Of a stretch of DNA of 64,000 bases, positions 1 to 13,576 are shown piece by piece. The stretch is from Mobula birostris (taxonomy: Eukaryota): contig NC_092397.1 of assembly GCF_030028105.1 (NCBI RefSeq), forward strand, positions 29,603,097-29,667,096. The letters run 5' to 3'. Within the stretch, counting starts at the first letter, position 1, and every line of letters starts with the position of its first letter. Position numbers and translations under genes: made by a program. The notes below the pieces were generated by a model. It was not told the DNA's origin, made no database searches, and saw only the letters and a program-made list of their open reading frames with translations.

Positions 1-479
1 AGAATTGCTCACAATACTCCAAGTGAGTCCTTACCAGAGCCTCAAAGCCTCAACATTACATCCTTGGCTCTTCTATTCTAGTCCTCTCGACACTGTATCC
101 CATCTGCCATTAAATATCCATTCTCCTAATCCATCTAAGCCCTTCTGTAGCCTCTCTGCTTGCTCAGCACTATCTGCCTCTCCATGTATTTTTGTACTGT
201 CCGCAAAGCCATCAATTCCATCATTCTAATTACTGACATACAGCATAAAAAGAAGCGATCCAAAAACTGATCGCTGTAGAACTCTGCAGGCAACCAGAAA
301 AGGCTCATTTTACTCCCACTCTGACTCCTGCAAATCAGCTATTATCTTTCCTGTAATATCATGGGTTCTTAACTTGTTAAGCAGCCTCATGTGCAGCACC
401 TTGTGATATACAAAGGACCAGACAGGGCACTGAGTGTATTACAGATTGGAGTTTCAGTGAGGTGGTCTCTCCTGAGGTA

Positions 480-3150
480 CAGGCAGCAGGTAGCTGAGTG
501 ACTGTGAGGAGAGGTAACGGGAACAGGCCCTCAGTACAGCAAGCTCCTGTGGCCATTCCCCTCGGCAACACTGAACCTCTTTTTGCTACTGCTGGGGGAT
601 GTCCTGTCACTGAGACTGGCTCTGAAGCTTACCGGGTGAGGGCTGTCAGCCAGGGTGATCGTTCTGAGTAAATCGATAGATGAGTTGGTGGGGGTCAGTG
701 AGAGATTCTGGATCCACAAAATGATGGTGTGTTGCCTCCCTGGTGCCAGGGTCAGGGACGTCTCAGAGCAGATACAGAACGGGGGCGGGGGCAGTGTTCA
801 TTCAGCCAGAGGTGGTGGTTGATGTCAGTTTCTAATGGACAGGCAGAAAAGGGAAGGGGTGCCACACAGTGAATATAGAGAGTTAGGGAAGAAGTTAAAG
901 AGCGGGACCTGAAGGGTTATAACCTCCAGGTAAATCCCAGTGCCGTGTGGTAGTGGTGTTAGGGACAGAAAGTTAGAGCAGATGAATTTGTGGCTGAGGA
1001 GCTGGAGCAGGGGCAGGTTTCAGGATTCTGGATCATTGGAACCTCTTCTGATGACCTGTACAAGAGGGATGGTTTGCACCTTCACTGGAGGGCGGTCAGT
1101 ATCATGAGGTTCATTGCTGCTCCCTGGGAGGGCTGAAACGAGATTGACAGGGGGATGTGAACCGGAACACCAGTCACTGAATGGAGAGATTGAAGCTGAG
1201 TTTGATGTCATGCACAGTAATGTTGTAAGGATGGATTTTGAGGCAAATCCACATCTGACATGGAGTTTTTTTTAAAGACCAGCTGCACAGTGTTTCAGGG
1301 CCAGTTTGTTCCAGTGAGAGGGAGGGTCAAGGTCAGCAAGGTACAGGAACCTTGGATGATGAGAGAGGAAATTAATTTAGTCAAGGAGGAGGAAAAAGCA
1401 TTTGTAAGGTTTAGGAAGCTGAAATCAAACAGGGTGAGGTGTCCAACAAGGTCCCACATGGTAGGCTCAACAAGGAGTTTAGGATGGGTCCACAGTGATG
1501 TGGCCTATTGTCTTTCCCATGGAAGGGAGTGGTTAGTGGTGCATGGGTCCTGTTCTGGGTGGAGGTCTGTGATGAGTTGTGATCCAGAGATGTTTGTACT
1601 GGGACCTCGGTTACTCGTGATATAAATGATGTGGATAAAAATGTGGTAATCTGGGTTTACAGATGGCACACAGATTTGTGAACACTGTGCATTGCACAGA
1701 AGAGTTCCAAACGATACAGCAGGATATTGAACAGTTGCTGATATGGTAGGAACATTAACAGTATTGACAAAGAGAAGGATGATGGAGTCCAAGCATACAG
1801 TCTCACTGAAACTGCGAGCACAGGTTGACGGGGAGGTGAAGTCGTGTATGGCATGTTTGTCTTCCTCAGGCAAGGCATTGAGTTCAAGCACCAGGACATG
1901 ATGTTACAGGTTTCTAAAAGCTGGTGAGGCCACATTGAGAGTACAGTGCTCAGTTCTGGTCACCTCATTATTGGAAGCGTGTGGAGGTTGTGGAGCAGAT
2001 GCAGAGGTGGTTTACCAGGATGTCTGGTCTGGAGGTGGTGTTCGGTGAGGAGAGGCTGCACATGTTGGAGCTTTTTCCTCTAGTGGCGTCAGCTCAGGAG
2101 AGAGTTGACAGAAATTTATAGATGTTTGCAGGTCATTGTTGGTGTAGATAGCTAGCAATACTTTTCACAGGCGTGAATTGCCTTCTACTAGTTGACATGT
2201 ATTTAAGGTCAGAGGAAGGAAGTGAAGAAAACAGAGTAGTGGAGGTTTTAAATGCACTGCCAGGGGTGGTGGCAGAGGCAGAGAACACAGGAATATTTAA
2301 GGAAATCTCAGACAGGCACAGGAATAAGTAGAGAAGGGCCAAAGTTCCACCCCTGTACTGTCCTGTGTTCATGAACAGCAGATGGCCCCGGGCATGGATT
2401 CATGCACGAGGCTGGGGTATTATATCGCAAACGATAAATGGTTGTGCGAGGGGCAACAAATGCTACAAATACCTGTCGCATTTCACAGTACAAATGCTAC
2501 AGGTATGATGGAGTGGAGGGAAGAGAGGAGGAAGAGATGTGCTTGATCAGAGAGAACATCTCAGTGGTACTTGGAGATTGTCCCAATAATATTGAAGTAA
2601 GGAAGGGATAGCAAACACCAGAGGGCATATGGACAAAGTCAAGGAAGGGAAGTTTAGGGCAGACATTAGGGGAGGGGTAGTTCTTTTTTTAAAGAGGGTT
2701 GTGGGTGCCTGGAATGATTTGCCAGGGACGGTGGTGGAGGCTAAAACATTAGGGGTAATTTAAGAGACTCTTGGACAGGCACATGGATGAAAGAAATACA
2801 GAGGGTTACGGAGTAGTGTGTGTTTAGTACTTTTTTTAAAGGAATCTATGGGTCGGCACAACATCGAGGGCTGAAAGGCCTGTACTGTGCTGTGGTGTTC
2901 TAGGATGTTTTGATGGGATTGTATTATTGGCCATCAAATATCAGGAGTCAACAAGGTTGTAATAGAGGGACATTTCAACTTCTCTCACGCTGACTGGGAC
3001 AGCCGTTATGCTAAGGGTTTGGTGGATCAGAATTTATTCAATGTGCCCAGGAGATTCTTCTCAATCAGTATTTCGAAGTTCCTACCACAGACAGGGCAAC
3101 ACTGAACCTCTTTGTGGGAAATCAGACTCGACAAGTGACGGGTCCTTCGG
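480..3150 (+). mobile_element. Decayed CR1 LINE fragments (ORF1 esterase region, ORF2 pieces, 3' end)
   Basis: CR1-typical segments: TGTTGCCTCCCTGGTGCCAGGGTC, TGGCTGAGGAGCTGG, CAGTTCTGGTCACCTCATTA; many stops. Confidence 0.75.
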
Positions 3151-3820
3151 TGCTGGAGACCTCGATCCACCCACCCACCCACGCCCCCCCCCCCCCGCTC
3201 CCTGGCACAAACCAAAGTCTGTTCTCAGAGCGACCCACCGCCTGACAGAGGGAGCCTCTCGGGAAATCTGACCAAACTCTCTCGCAAAATATTCATTTAT
3301 ATTTCAGAGACCTGGGTGGACGAGATTTCCAGTAAATACTGTCAGTTCCACACGGTAAATGCACTTTTGTAGATAAATGTAAATATTATTGTTCTGTGAG
3401 GCGGTGGAAATTCTCATGAGGCAACGAACAGGCGATTTTCCCGCCTGCTGCACACCGGAACGGTCCCGGGTCAACCTGCAATGTCAAACCCAGACAACGC
3501 GGATTTAGGTCATGAAGAGCGGAGTCGTACAATGATCGAATATTAAATTCTCTGTCCGGGGGCTGACTCTGGAAATTAATTTCACGACCCTAGGCCGAGT
3601 GAACCCGCTGACTCTCCGCAAGGGGAGAGCTGCATTGCGCCGGCAGAGAGGGGAAATGAGTCAGGACCGAAGCGGACCGATTTCTGTGCAGATAGATATC
3701 GGTTTACTTCGCGGAAGAAACGTGACGGACATTGAACTGTCGTGACTGTGACAGATACAGAGTCCAGTTACTCGGAACGGAAATCACCCGCTGCTCAGCC
3801 CTTCCACAGACACTGTGAGT

Positions 3821-3836
3821 GGCTCTGAAAAGAGCC
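3821..3836 (-). terminator. Histone 3' stem-loop of H2A
   Basis: GGCTCTTTTCAGAGCC on the minus strand, followed by ACTCA and a purine-rich HDE-like GGAAGGGCTG. Confidence 0.96.
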
Positions 3837-3866
3837 TTTGGGTAAATAGGTTCAGCTTACGTCGCT

Positions 3867-4250
3867 TCACTTACTGGCACCGCCGGTTTTCTTGGGCAAC
3901 AGCACGGCCTGGATATTGGGTAACACACCGCCCTGAGCGATAGTCACCCCTCCCAGCAGCTTGTTCAGCTCCTCGTCGTTGCGGACGGCCAGCTGCAGGT
4001 GTCGGGGGATGATGCGGGTTTTCTTATTGTCCCGGGCCGCGTTGCCGGCCAATTCGAGGATTTCGGCTGTCAGATACTCGAGCACAGCAGCCAGGTAGAC
4101 CGGGGCTCCAGCACCCACCCGCTCAGCATAGTTGCCCTTTCTTAGGAGTCTGTGAACCCGGCCGACCGGGAACTGCAGTCCAGCCCGAGACGAGCGAGAT
4201 TTGGCCTTGGACCGAACTTTGCCAGCGGTGCCTTTTCCACGTCCAGACAT
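3867..4250 (-). CDS. H2A: Histone H2A, replication-dependent (127 aa)
   Basis: True ATG at 4250 ([31 protein letters not shown]...[12 protein letters not shown]). Intronless, with a TATA box upstream and a stem-loop downstream. Confidence 0.98.
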   Translation of the reverse strand: MSGRGKGTAGKVRSKAKSRSSRAGLQFPVGRVHRLLRKGNYAERVGAGAPVYLAAVLEYLTAEILELAGNAARDNKKTRIIPRHLQLAVRNDEELNKLLGGVTIAQGGVLPNIQAVLLPKKTGGASK

Positions 4251-4312
4251 TTTCACAGTCACCACAACTGCTCCAAAGAGAATGAAACAATGTTCGCCAC
4301 GCCCCATCTCGC

Positions 4313-4510
4313 CCTTTTTATACGTTCTTTGAGAATGCAAACTGATATTTGTGATTGGTGTAAATTTTCTTATTCTCATTGGTGAAGAGAAATGTCCCAA
4401 TCGAAGAGCTGCCTTAATAACCAATCAGCAGTCCGTAAAGATAGAAGCGCCGAAAGTAACCGTCTCCTTCCCAAAGTACACTGAAATTTCGAAAAAGCCC
4501 GCCAAAAAAA
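4313..4510 (-). promoter_or_regulatory. H2A promoter
   Basis: TATAAAAA at about 4315-4322; CCAAT boxes at about 4354, 4378, 4397 and 4421; E2F-like GCCCGCCAAA at about 4497-4506. Confidence 0.75.
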
Positions 4511-5132
4511 TAAATCTCTTCTTCAGATTTAATCAGAAATTAAATAATTGCTGATCTGTTTGACGATTGAGTGTTCGTACTTCCCCGTTACTGAAACCGG
4601 GCACATTTAATGCAAGTGTAGTTGATATTGAAATGTCTGGGAACTCAATCCTCTAATTTCTTTCAACCCGTAACGGAACCGAGTAAAACTGAATCTCAGC
4701 TTCTGCCCGGTGCCGGTCATTGCGTAAACGTTATCAGGTTATGGACAAACGGCTCTTCTCAAACTGTGACCAGCGGCTCGTCTGCAATTTAAAAATGTTC
4801 TATGAAACAATCATGAACTCGTTCAGGCCTCGCATTGAAATAATATTCAGAGAAGTTACCCAACTGTAACTAACAAACTCCAGAACCCACAGCTAAAACA
4901 GCAAAGGCAGCAATCCTCCGCTCGTCATGGATACCGGTGGGGACGGACTGATGAGGATTTGAAGGTAACAAGTCCGTGTACGTGCAGTGGGAGGAATGTA
5001 AAACACCGGGATTATACGGAGATGAACCGGATACTCCAACCCTACCTTAGCTCTTGTAAAAGACACCAGACATAAAATGTGTGCAATTTAATGTCTAAAT
5101 TTTAGTACAACCCTCTTAGTGAAATTGTGAGT

Positions 5133-5148
5133 GGCTCTTAAAAGAGAC
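5133..5148 (-). terminator. H2B 3' stem-loop with mutated second base pair
   Basis: GTCTCTTTTAAGAGCC versus consensus GGCTCTTTTAAGAGCC. Confidence 0.9.
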
Positions 5149-5179
5149 GTTTTGTTTTCGATCATCGCACTGGAGAGCT

Positions 5180-5554
5180 TTACTTGGAGCTGGTGTACTT
5201 GGTCACCGCCTTTGTCCCTTCGGACACGGCGTGCTTGGCCAGCTCCCCGGGCAGCAGCAAGCGCACGGCGGTCTGGATCTCCCGTGAGGTGATAGTTGAC
5301 CGCTTGTTGTAGTGGGCCAGGCGGGAAGCCTCGCCCCCGATTCTCTCGAAGATATCGTTGACGAACGAGTTCATGATGCTCATGGCCTTGGAGGAGATGC
5401 CAGTATCGGGGTGAACCTGCTTCATCACTTTGTAGATGTAGATGGAGTAACTCTCCTTCCTCAGCCTCTTGCGCTTCTTCCCTGCCTTGCCTGCTGGTTT
5501 GGACAAAACTTTCTTGGTGCCCTTCTTCGGAGCGGATTTCGCTGGCTCAGGCAT
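5180..5554 (-). CDS. H2B: Histone H2B (124 aa, slightly divergent)
   Basis: [12 protein letters not shown]...[27 protein letters not shown]...[10 protein letters not shown]; intact ORF. Confidence 0.96.
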   Translation of the reverse strand: MPEPAKSAPKKGTKKVLSKPAGKAGKKRKRLRKESYSIYIYKVMKQVHPDTGISSKAMSIMNSFVNDIFERIGGEASRLAHYNKRSTITSREIQTAVRLLLPGELAKHAVSEGTKAVTKYTSSK

Positions 5555-5604
5555 TTCTTCCGTCGGTTTCAGACCCTGAAGAAGCAGAACTGACTCGGAG
5601 CACG

Positions 5605-5643
5605 AACTAAATAGGCAGCGCCCGGAACAGTATGCTAATGAGG
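5605..5643 (-). promoter_or_regulatory. H2B proximal promoter (TATA-like plus octamer variant)
   Basis: CCTATTTAGT at about 5606-5615 and ATTAGCAT at 5632-5639, resembling the H2B Oct-1 element. Confidence 0.65.
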
Positions 5644-5769
5644 TTGGGTGATCTCATATTTCCCCACACTCTGTTCCATCTGTCACATTCTCAACCATTC
5701 ACTCTCCAGTCTACATCCCTCAAACCTTCTCACTACTGACACTGTCCCTCCCGCTCTGCCACAGCAGCA

Positions 5770-6790
5770 GACATAGTCACTGAGTTATGCAGCACAGAAA
5801 CGGGCCCTTCAGCCCAACACATCCATGCTGACCAAGTGGCCAAACAAAACCATTGTCAGGTGCCTGCATTTGGCCCATGTCCCTGTGAAACTTCCTTCTC
5901 CACAGTCCAAGAGATATTGCAACTGTGCCCAACTATACCACCACTTGGGGTAGTTTGTTCCATGTAAACAGCACATTCTGTGTATAAAACCTGTTCCTCA
6001 GGATCCCATTTAAAACTTCCCTCTTTCACTTTATATCTGTAATCTCTCGCTTCCAACTCCATATCCCTGGAGATAACAGATTCACTATTGACCGTATCAA
6101 TGACTGCCATTATTTTTTCACCTCTCTAATGTCACATACAATCTGGTGAGAAAGGTCCTGGCCTATCCAGCCTCCTGTTAAATCCCTTTTGCACCCTCTC
6201 CAGTTTCATGTCACCCTCTGATCCCAGGGCAACTATAACTGTACTCCGTGCTCCGAGAGTAGTTTCCCCGAGGCTGGTAGAGCTGTAATGTGACGTCACA
6301 GTCCAGTGCCCGATACTCTGACCGATGAATGCGAGTGTAGCGAACAGCTTCTTCACCGTCCTGCCTACCTGTGTTTACACTCTGAAGGAATTCGATATCT
6401 ACACCCCGATATCTCTGTTTTACAGCACTCCCAGGGACAGACCATTCCCCACGGCAGTTCTGCCCTGGTTCGTCAATGACAATGGAACATCTCACATTTA
6501 TCTGTCATTCCTCAAATCACTGACCTCATTGATCACCATCCTGTTGTAATGTTAGTTACATTGTTTCACACTCCACGATATCACCAACTTTACTGACATC
6601 GGCAGATTTGCTGAGCCGGACGTTGACATTGTCAGCCGAGTCTTTAGCAACAGCAGACTTGACTCGAATCCCGGTGCCAGACTATTGATCACAGGTCTCC
6701 AGTCTAAATAATGACTTTTTCTCCGACCACCAGGCCGATATTGTACCCAGTGCCCTGGATCACGTGATCTCTCCTTCCAGACACGGTCTC
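5770..6790 (-). mobile_element. Decayed CR1 LINE 3' portion
   Basis: KLFATLAFIGQSI and LERVQKGFNR motifs in the minus-strand ORF 6132-6356. Confidence 0.7.
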
Positions 6791-6992
6791 ACCAGTCTGA
6801 AACTCCCGGGCTTTTCCTTGCAGCGACACACACACAATGCTGGAGGAACTCAGCAGGCCAGGCAGCGAGTAAACAGCCGGCGTTTCAGGCCGAGACCCTC
6901 CATCAGCATCTGCACAGTTTCTTGTGTTTAGTTTTCCTTCGATTCTAAATTACTGCATAACATAACCCATCCTCCAGTCCTCTGCCACTACT

Positions 6993-7275
6993 CCTGCCCG
7001 AGAAACGCGCAGAGAGGCAGAGGCGGGGAGAGGAGGAGACAGAGTCAGAGTGACGGACAGAGCCGAGACCGGCCTCTCCTCCTCCAGCTCTGTCTTCACT
7101 TTAATACACCCGGCAATTTCCAACGGTTTTTCCGAAACACAGAGCTCCAGAGAGAGAGAGAGAAACACACCACGTCATAGTGAAGGATCTCCAGGAATTT
7201 ACTGGCGGTCGGACTTCATCGGATCAGAATACAGTGTGATTGGCGCAGGATTAATTTCAAATTGCCCGCCAATTC
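6993..7275 (-). promoter_or_regulatory. Orphan duplicate of the H4 upstream region, with no H4 CDS
   Basis: 6993-7200 aligns closely with 8072-8285 (CCTGCCCGAGAAACGCGCAGAGAG...GGAGACAGAGTCAGAGTGACGGACAGAGCCGAG). CCAAT, TTCAAA and GCCCGCCA motifs at 7237-7272. Confidence 0.85.
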
Positions 7276-7636
7276 AGGGCACCCAGCAACGGTGCTTGAC
7301 TACTTTTAAAATTATTTACCATTAATTGTATCAAGGATTATACAATGTCAGTTTCTTTTAATGAATTTAATATCTAATTAGAGTTAAGATTTGAATTCAT
7401 AATTCTGGAATCGTTTCTCTAAACGCCTGAACTGATTTCTGTTCGAGACGGATAAGAGGATTAAGATCGATCTTAATGCGTTCAGAGGTTCTGAAGTAAT
7501 CACCGACTGGAAAGGCAGATTCGCAGGAATATTTCAAGCGGAACCGATTAATCTGTTTCAAATGTAACACAGCTGAATATATCGATAAAAATAATTAAAA
7601 TGTTGTGGATACGGCTCCGTCTGTGAGGCGGTGGGT

Positions 7637-7652
7637 GGCTCTTAGAAGAGCC
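7637..7652 (-). terminator. Histone 3' stem-loop of H4
   Basis: GGCTCTTCTAAGAGCC followed by ACCCA. Confidence 0.95.
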
Positions 7653-7685
7653 TTTGTTTTGTGCTCGGGAGGAGGTGGGAGTTTT

Positions 7686-8006
<321 letters not shown>

Positions 8007-8557
8007 TCACTCAGGTCGCTGCTCACTGACAAACTGCCTGCTGCTGTCTCCTTTTATACACAGCGCCCCGACCTGCCCGAGAAACGCGCAGAGAGACAGA
8101 GGCGGGGAGGGGAGGAGACAGAGTCAGAGTGACGGACAGAGCCGAGAGCGGCCTCTCATCGTCCAGCTCCGCCTTCACTTTACCACAACCGCCAATTTCC
8201 AACGATTCATCCGACACAAAGCGCTCCAGCGAAAAACAAAACGCCCTCACACATCACATACATACTGGAGGATTTCTGGGAATTTGCCGATTCTCCTGCT
8301 TTAAATTATAGAAAGTGCTTTTCCATTCCGCAAATCCCCGAGGACCTCGGTCTGTCCCTCCCCGGCCCCATGACCAGTGCGAGCGCCCTCACACACAGCA
8401 GTTGGTGGGCGAGGGTGCAGTTACTTCCAGTGATGAGAGGGTTAATTCATTAGAACAATTGTTCCTCTGGATCGCCAGGGAAATGAAAGACCGGTCACAT
8501 ACAGGAACAGGATACATAACCAGATAAAAAACTGCGCTTCTCTAAGGGTCAGAGCCG

Positions 8558-9121
8558 TCTCCATTTCCTGAGGAGACTGAGGTCCTTTAACATCTGTCGG
8601 ACGATGCTGAGGATGTTCTACGAGTCTGTGGTGGCCAGTGCTATCATGTTTGCTGTTGTGTGCTGGGGCAGCAGGCTGAGGGTAGCAGACACCAACAGAA
8701 TCAACAAACTCATTCGTAAGGCCAGTGATGTTGTGGGGATGGAACTGGACTCTCTCACGGTGGTGTCTGAAAAGAGGATGCTGTCTAAGTTGCATGCCAT
8801 CTCGGTCAATGTCTCCCATCCACTACATAATGTACTGGGTGGGCACAGGAGTACATTCAGCCAGAGACTCATTCCACCGAGATGCAGTACTGAGCGTCAT
8901 AGGAAGTCATTCCTGCTTGTGGCCATCAAACTTTACAACTCCTCCCTTGGAGGGTCAGACACCCTGAGCTGATAGGCTGGTCCTGGACTTATTTCATAAT
9001 TTACTGGCATAATTTACATATTACTATTTAAATTATTAATGGTTCTAATACTATTATTTATGGTGCAACTGTAACGAAAACCAATTTCTCCCGGGATCAA
9101 TAAAGTATGACAATGACTATG
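8558..9121 (+). mobile_element. Rex1/Babar-like LINE, 5'-truncated (family A)
   Basis: LRMFYESVVASAIMFAVVCWG...RHRKSFL...AIKLYN; ends in AATAAAGTATGAC(TA) tail; nearly identical to 29842-30260 and 45965-47480. Confidence 0.88.
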
Positions 9122-9129
9122 GCTTCTGG

Positions 9130-11180
9130 GATCTTCTAAAGCCCAGGTAAAGTGGTGGCTGAGGAGCGGTTGCGAGGTGGGTGGGTCTTCAGGTACAAGG
9201 ATCATTGGGTTTCAAGGGAAACGAGAGATGGGTCCAAGGAGGAGGGGAGCCAATATGTTTCCGGGGAGCCGCCTTCATGCTACACGGAAGGGTTTAAACG
9301 AGCAGGGATGAGGTCCTGCACAGTGATTTTCGGGAACAAGGTTAACAAAAATCAGGACTTCCAGGATTGTATTACGATTCAAAGCATGTGGCTGTGGGGT
9401 GGGAAATCGATATTTCATGCAGTTTAATATGTTGCTGAGGAACTGATGCGGGAGGGAGGTCTTCATGGATCAATGGGTTCTCTTCCAGGCAGGTGGGAGA
9501 CCAGGACAGTCGAGACCATTTGCATCTGAACCGGACGGTAACCAACATTTTCGCCAGGAGGTTTGATGGTGTCACTTGGCAGAGTTTGAACTAGAGTAGC
9601 AAGTGGGAGAATGTATGTATGACAAGACAGTCTGAAAAGAACGAGAGCCAATGTCAGGCTAATAAACATGGTGGGACTGATCGGCTGAAATGAGTTTATT
9701 TCAACATTAGGAGTGTTATGTTGTCAGACGGACAGGGCTGGCAGCTCAACATTCTTGGGTTTGATTGTTTTACATGTGACTGGGGATGGGTGGTGCGGTT
9801 AAAAGATGCAGAGGTTACCCCACTGGGAATGTCACAGCAAACTGGAAGGCTCATTTACAGAGGCGATCTGCAGTTACACTGATGGGATTATTGTATTGGC
9901 CCCCAATAACCACCGGGAGGTGGAGGATCGGATATGTTGATGCTTATGGAGAGGTGCAGAACAACAGGGTTGTCATAGTGAGGGACTTCATCTTCCCTAG
10001 AATTGACTGGATCTTGCTTAATACTTAGATGCGCAAGATTTGTTCAGTGAATTAGAGGAGTGTTTGGAACATTATGTACAGGGCCCAACCAGAGTTGAGA
10101 ACATACAGGAATTAGTTTTGAGAAACGAGCCAGGCCAGCTAACAGCCGAGAGTCAGTGAACGTTTTGGGAACAGTGATCACTACTTTTTTTTTTTAAAAC
10201 TTATGAGTAGAATAAAATTAGATCTTGTATGAAAGTACTAATTTGCAGGAGGACAAGTCAGGACGGAGGAAGACAGGAGCCAAGGGGCATTGATCGGGAG
10301 CAGCCACTGTCAGACAAGTCCACATCTGACATGTGGGAGTTGTTTAAAGAGCAGCAACTCTGAGTTCAGGATCAGCATGTTCGGTGAGGAGTGAGGAGGG
10401 GGAAGGGAACTTCGGATGAGCACAGAGATCCTAAATTTAGACAGAAGGATATGTAAGGTTTGTGAAGCTAAAGTCAGACTGGGTACCTTTGGAATATAAC
10501 GATAGCAGGGAAATGCTAAAGCAGATGATAGGAAAGGCCAAATCGGGGCCACAACCGGTCCTTGTGAAGTGGGACGAAAGATAATCCCAAGGCCTTGTGA
10601 CTTGTATTAATAAAACGAGGATAACCAGAGAATGGAAAGGTCAACTCAAGATTAAAGGAGGAATGATGTGGTTGAAGTCAGACCAAGTGGCTGAGGTACT
10701 AAATGGGTACGTTGTGTTAGTATTTATGAGAAGGAATTGAATGGCAATGAAAACAGAGTGAGACATGCTAATGTGCAGAGACATGTTGAGATTAAGGAGG
10801 AGGTTGTGCTGGGATGTCTGAAAATCAATAAGATGGATAACACCCCAGGCCTGAAGGCATATATCCTACAATAGTAAAGGAAGCAGGCGAGCAGATTGCT
10901 GGGGATTTGACAAGGATCTATGTGTCCTCGATCACAACATGTGAGGTCCCACAGGACTGGAGTGTTGCAAATGTTGCAGTTTTGATTAAGAAGGGAAATA
11001 ACAAGAATCCAGGAACCTATAGGCAAGGCAGCCTCATTTCAGTGGTAGAGAAGCTACTGGGGAGGATATTGAGGTACAGGATTTATGCACATTTGGAAAG
11101 GCATGGCCTGTTAAGGGACAATCAGCATGATTTTCTGTGGGCAGATCACACATGATAAAATTGATTGAGGTTTTTGAGGA
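9130..11180 (+). mobile_element. Decayed CR1 LINE (ORF1 remnant, APE and RT remnants)
   Basis: YWPP...VVIVRDFIFPRIDW and EVPQDWSVANV...KKGN..NPGTYR motifs. Confidence 0.8.
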
Positions 11181-11189
11181 GATAATACA

Positions 11190-11750
11190 GACTAAGGTAT
11201 AGGAGCAGAATCAGACCATTTGGCCCATCAAGTCTGCTCCGACATTTCATTGTGGCTGATCCATTTTTCCTCTCAGCCCCAGTCTCCTGCCTTTCCCCTG
11301 TATCCCTTCATACTCTGACCAATCAAGAATCTATCAACCTCCGCCTTAAATATACATAAAGTCCTGGCTTAACAGCTTCCTTTGGCAATGAATTCTACAG
11401 ATTCACCACTCTCTGGCTAAAGAAATTCCCCATCTCCACATTCTACAAGGACGATCCTCTATTCTGAGGCTATGTCCTCTGATATTATACAGTCCCATCT
11501 TCTGCACATCCACTTTATCACTGCCTTTGACCATTTGATAGGTTTCAAATGGGCCACCCCTCATTGTTCAGAAATTCCAGAGAAAACAGGCCCAGAGCCA
11601 TCAAACGCTCTTCATATGACAAGCTGTTTCATCCAGGAATCAAACTGGAGAACGTCCTTTGAAACCCACCCAATTTCAGCTCATCCTTCCTAAGGTAAAG
11701 GGCCCAAAACTGCTCACAATACACCAATGAGGCCTCCCCAGGTTTATAAA
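11190..11750 (-). mobile_element. CR1 LINE 3' end
   Basis: YCEQFWALYLRKD motif and CR1 3' UTR. Confidence 0.75.
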
Positions 11751-11983
11751 GTCTGATCATTATCATGATTGGTGCAGATATTGTGGGTCGAAGGGCAGGT
11801 TGCATCTGTCCCATATTGTGTACTGTCGAATATGTTTGATCTAAAAGCTATTGCAGGGACATGGTTACAGAGAGTGGAACTGGGAATTCGACCTTCCACT
11901 GTATTCAATGTTCCACACAGAATCGGCAAAATGGAAAGGAGCAGGGTGGATTTGTTCATAACGTGCTGGTGAAGGAGTGGATA

Positions 11984-13576
11984 CAGTGCCTATAAAAAAT
12001 GTTCAATCTCCTTAGAAGTTTTTATGTTTTATTGTTTTGCAATGGATTTAATTTTGCTTTTTTGACACTGATCAACAGAAAAGACTCCACGGTGTCAAAG
12101 TGAAAACTGATCTCCACAAAGTGATCTAAATTAATTGTAAATATAAAACAAAAAATAATTCATTGCATTAGTATTCATCTCCTTCAAATCAGTAATTAGT
12201 TGATGCACCTTTAACAGTATTTACAGTTGAGTGTGTGGATAGGTGTCTATCAGCTTTGCACATCTGAACACTGCAATTTTCCCCATTCTTCTTTACAAAA
12301 CTGCTGAAGCTCTGTCAGAATGCATGGGTTGGTGAGTGAACAGATCTTTTCAAGTCCAGCCACAAATTCTCAATTGGATTGAGGTCAGGACTCTCACAAA
12401 GCCACTCCAGGACATTAACTTTGTTGTTTTAAGGCATTCCTGTGCAGCTTTGGTTTTATGTTTGCGGTCATTGTCTTGCTGGAAAATTAATTTTCTCCTC
12501 TAAGTCGCAGTTCTCTTGAAGACTGAATTAGGTTTTCCTCCAGGATTTCCCTGTATTTTGCTGCATTCATTTTACCCTCTACCTTTATGTGCCTTTCAGG
12601 GCCTGCTGCAGTGAAGCATACCCACAGGATGATGCAGCCTCCACCACACTTCACGGTAGGGATGGTGTGTTTTTGATGTTGTGCGGTGTTTGGCTTACTC
12701 CAAACTTAGTGTTTGTGATGGTCAAAAAGTTCAATTTTGTTTTTGTCAGACCACAGAATCTTCTTCCAACTGACTTCAGAGTCCCCCACAATTCTGGCAA
12801 ACTTCAGGCAAGATTTCATGAAAGCATTTTTCAACACTGGCTTTTTCTCTGCCACTCTCCCATAAAGCTGCGACTGGTGAAACACCCGGGCAACAGTTGA
12901 TGTTTGCACAATCTCTCCCACCACTGAAGCTTGTAACTCCTCTAGAGTTATCATAGGTCTCTTGGTGGCCTCCCCCACTGGCCCCTTCTTGCATGGTCAC
13001 TCAGTTTCTGAGGATAGCCTGCTCTTGGCAGATCTACAGCTGTGCCATATTCTTCACACTTCTGGATGAGTGACTCTACTATACTCCAACGGCATTCAGT
13101 GACTTGGAAATATTCCTGTATCCATCTCCTGGCTTGTGTTGTCAATTACCTGTTTGCAGAGCAGCTCGGAGTGTTGATTTGTCTTCACGGTGTAGTTTCT
13201 CCCAGGATACTGACTCACCAGCAATTCGACCTTCCACTTACAGGTGTACTATTACTACAATCAATTGAAACACCTTGACTGCACACGGTCATCTCCAATT
13301 AACTGATTATGTAACATCGAAAACTAATTGGTTGCACCACTGATGATTTGGTGTGTCATATTAATGGGGATGAATACTTAAATAGACAATTATTTTGTGT
13401 TTTAGATTTGTAATTAATTGAGAGCATTTTGTAGAGATTTGTTTTCACTCTGACACAAGAGTCTTTTTCTATTGTTTAGTTTCAAAACAGCCAAATTCAA
13501 TCCACTGAGATTCAATGTTGTAAAACTATAAAACATGAAAACTTCCAAGGGGTGTGAATACTTTTCATAGGCACTT
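11984..13576 (-). mobile_element. Tc1/mariner DNA transposon, full-length but degenerate
   Basis: Long terminal inverted repeats CAGTGCCTATAAAAA.../...TTTTCATAGGCACT, flanked by TA. Frameshifted transposase: PRAGYPQKLS, EATKRPMITLEELQ, WKKILWSDKNKIELF. Confidence 0.92.

Noticed and set aside
3867-4250. H2A.X identity
   Set aside because: No C-terminal SQ(E/D)Y motif.
4251-4424. 58-aa N-terminal extension of H2A in the ORF track
   Set aside because: It runs through the TATA and CCAAT promoter elements; the canonical start is the ATG at 4250.
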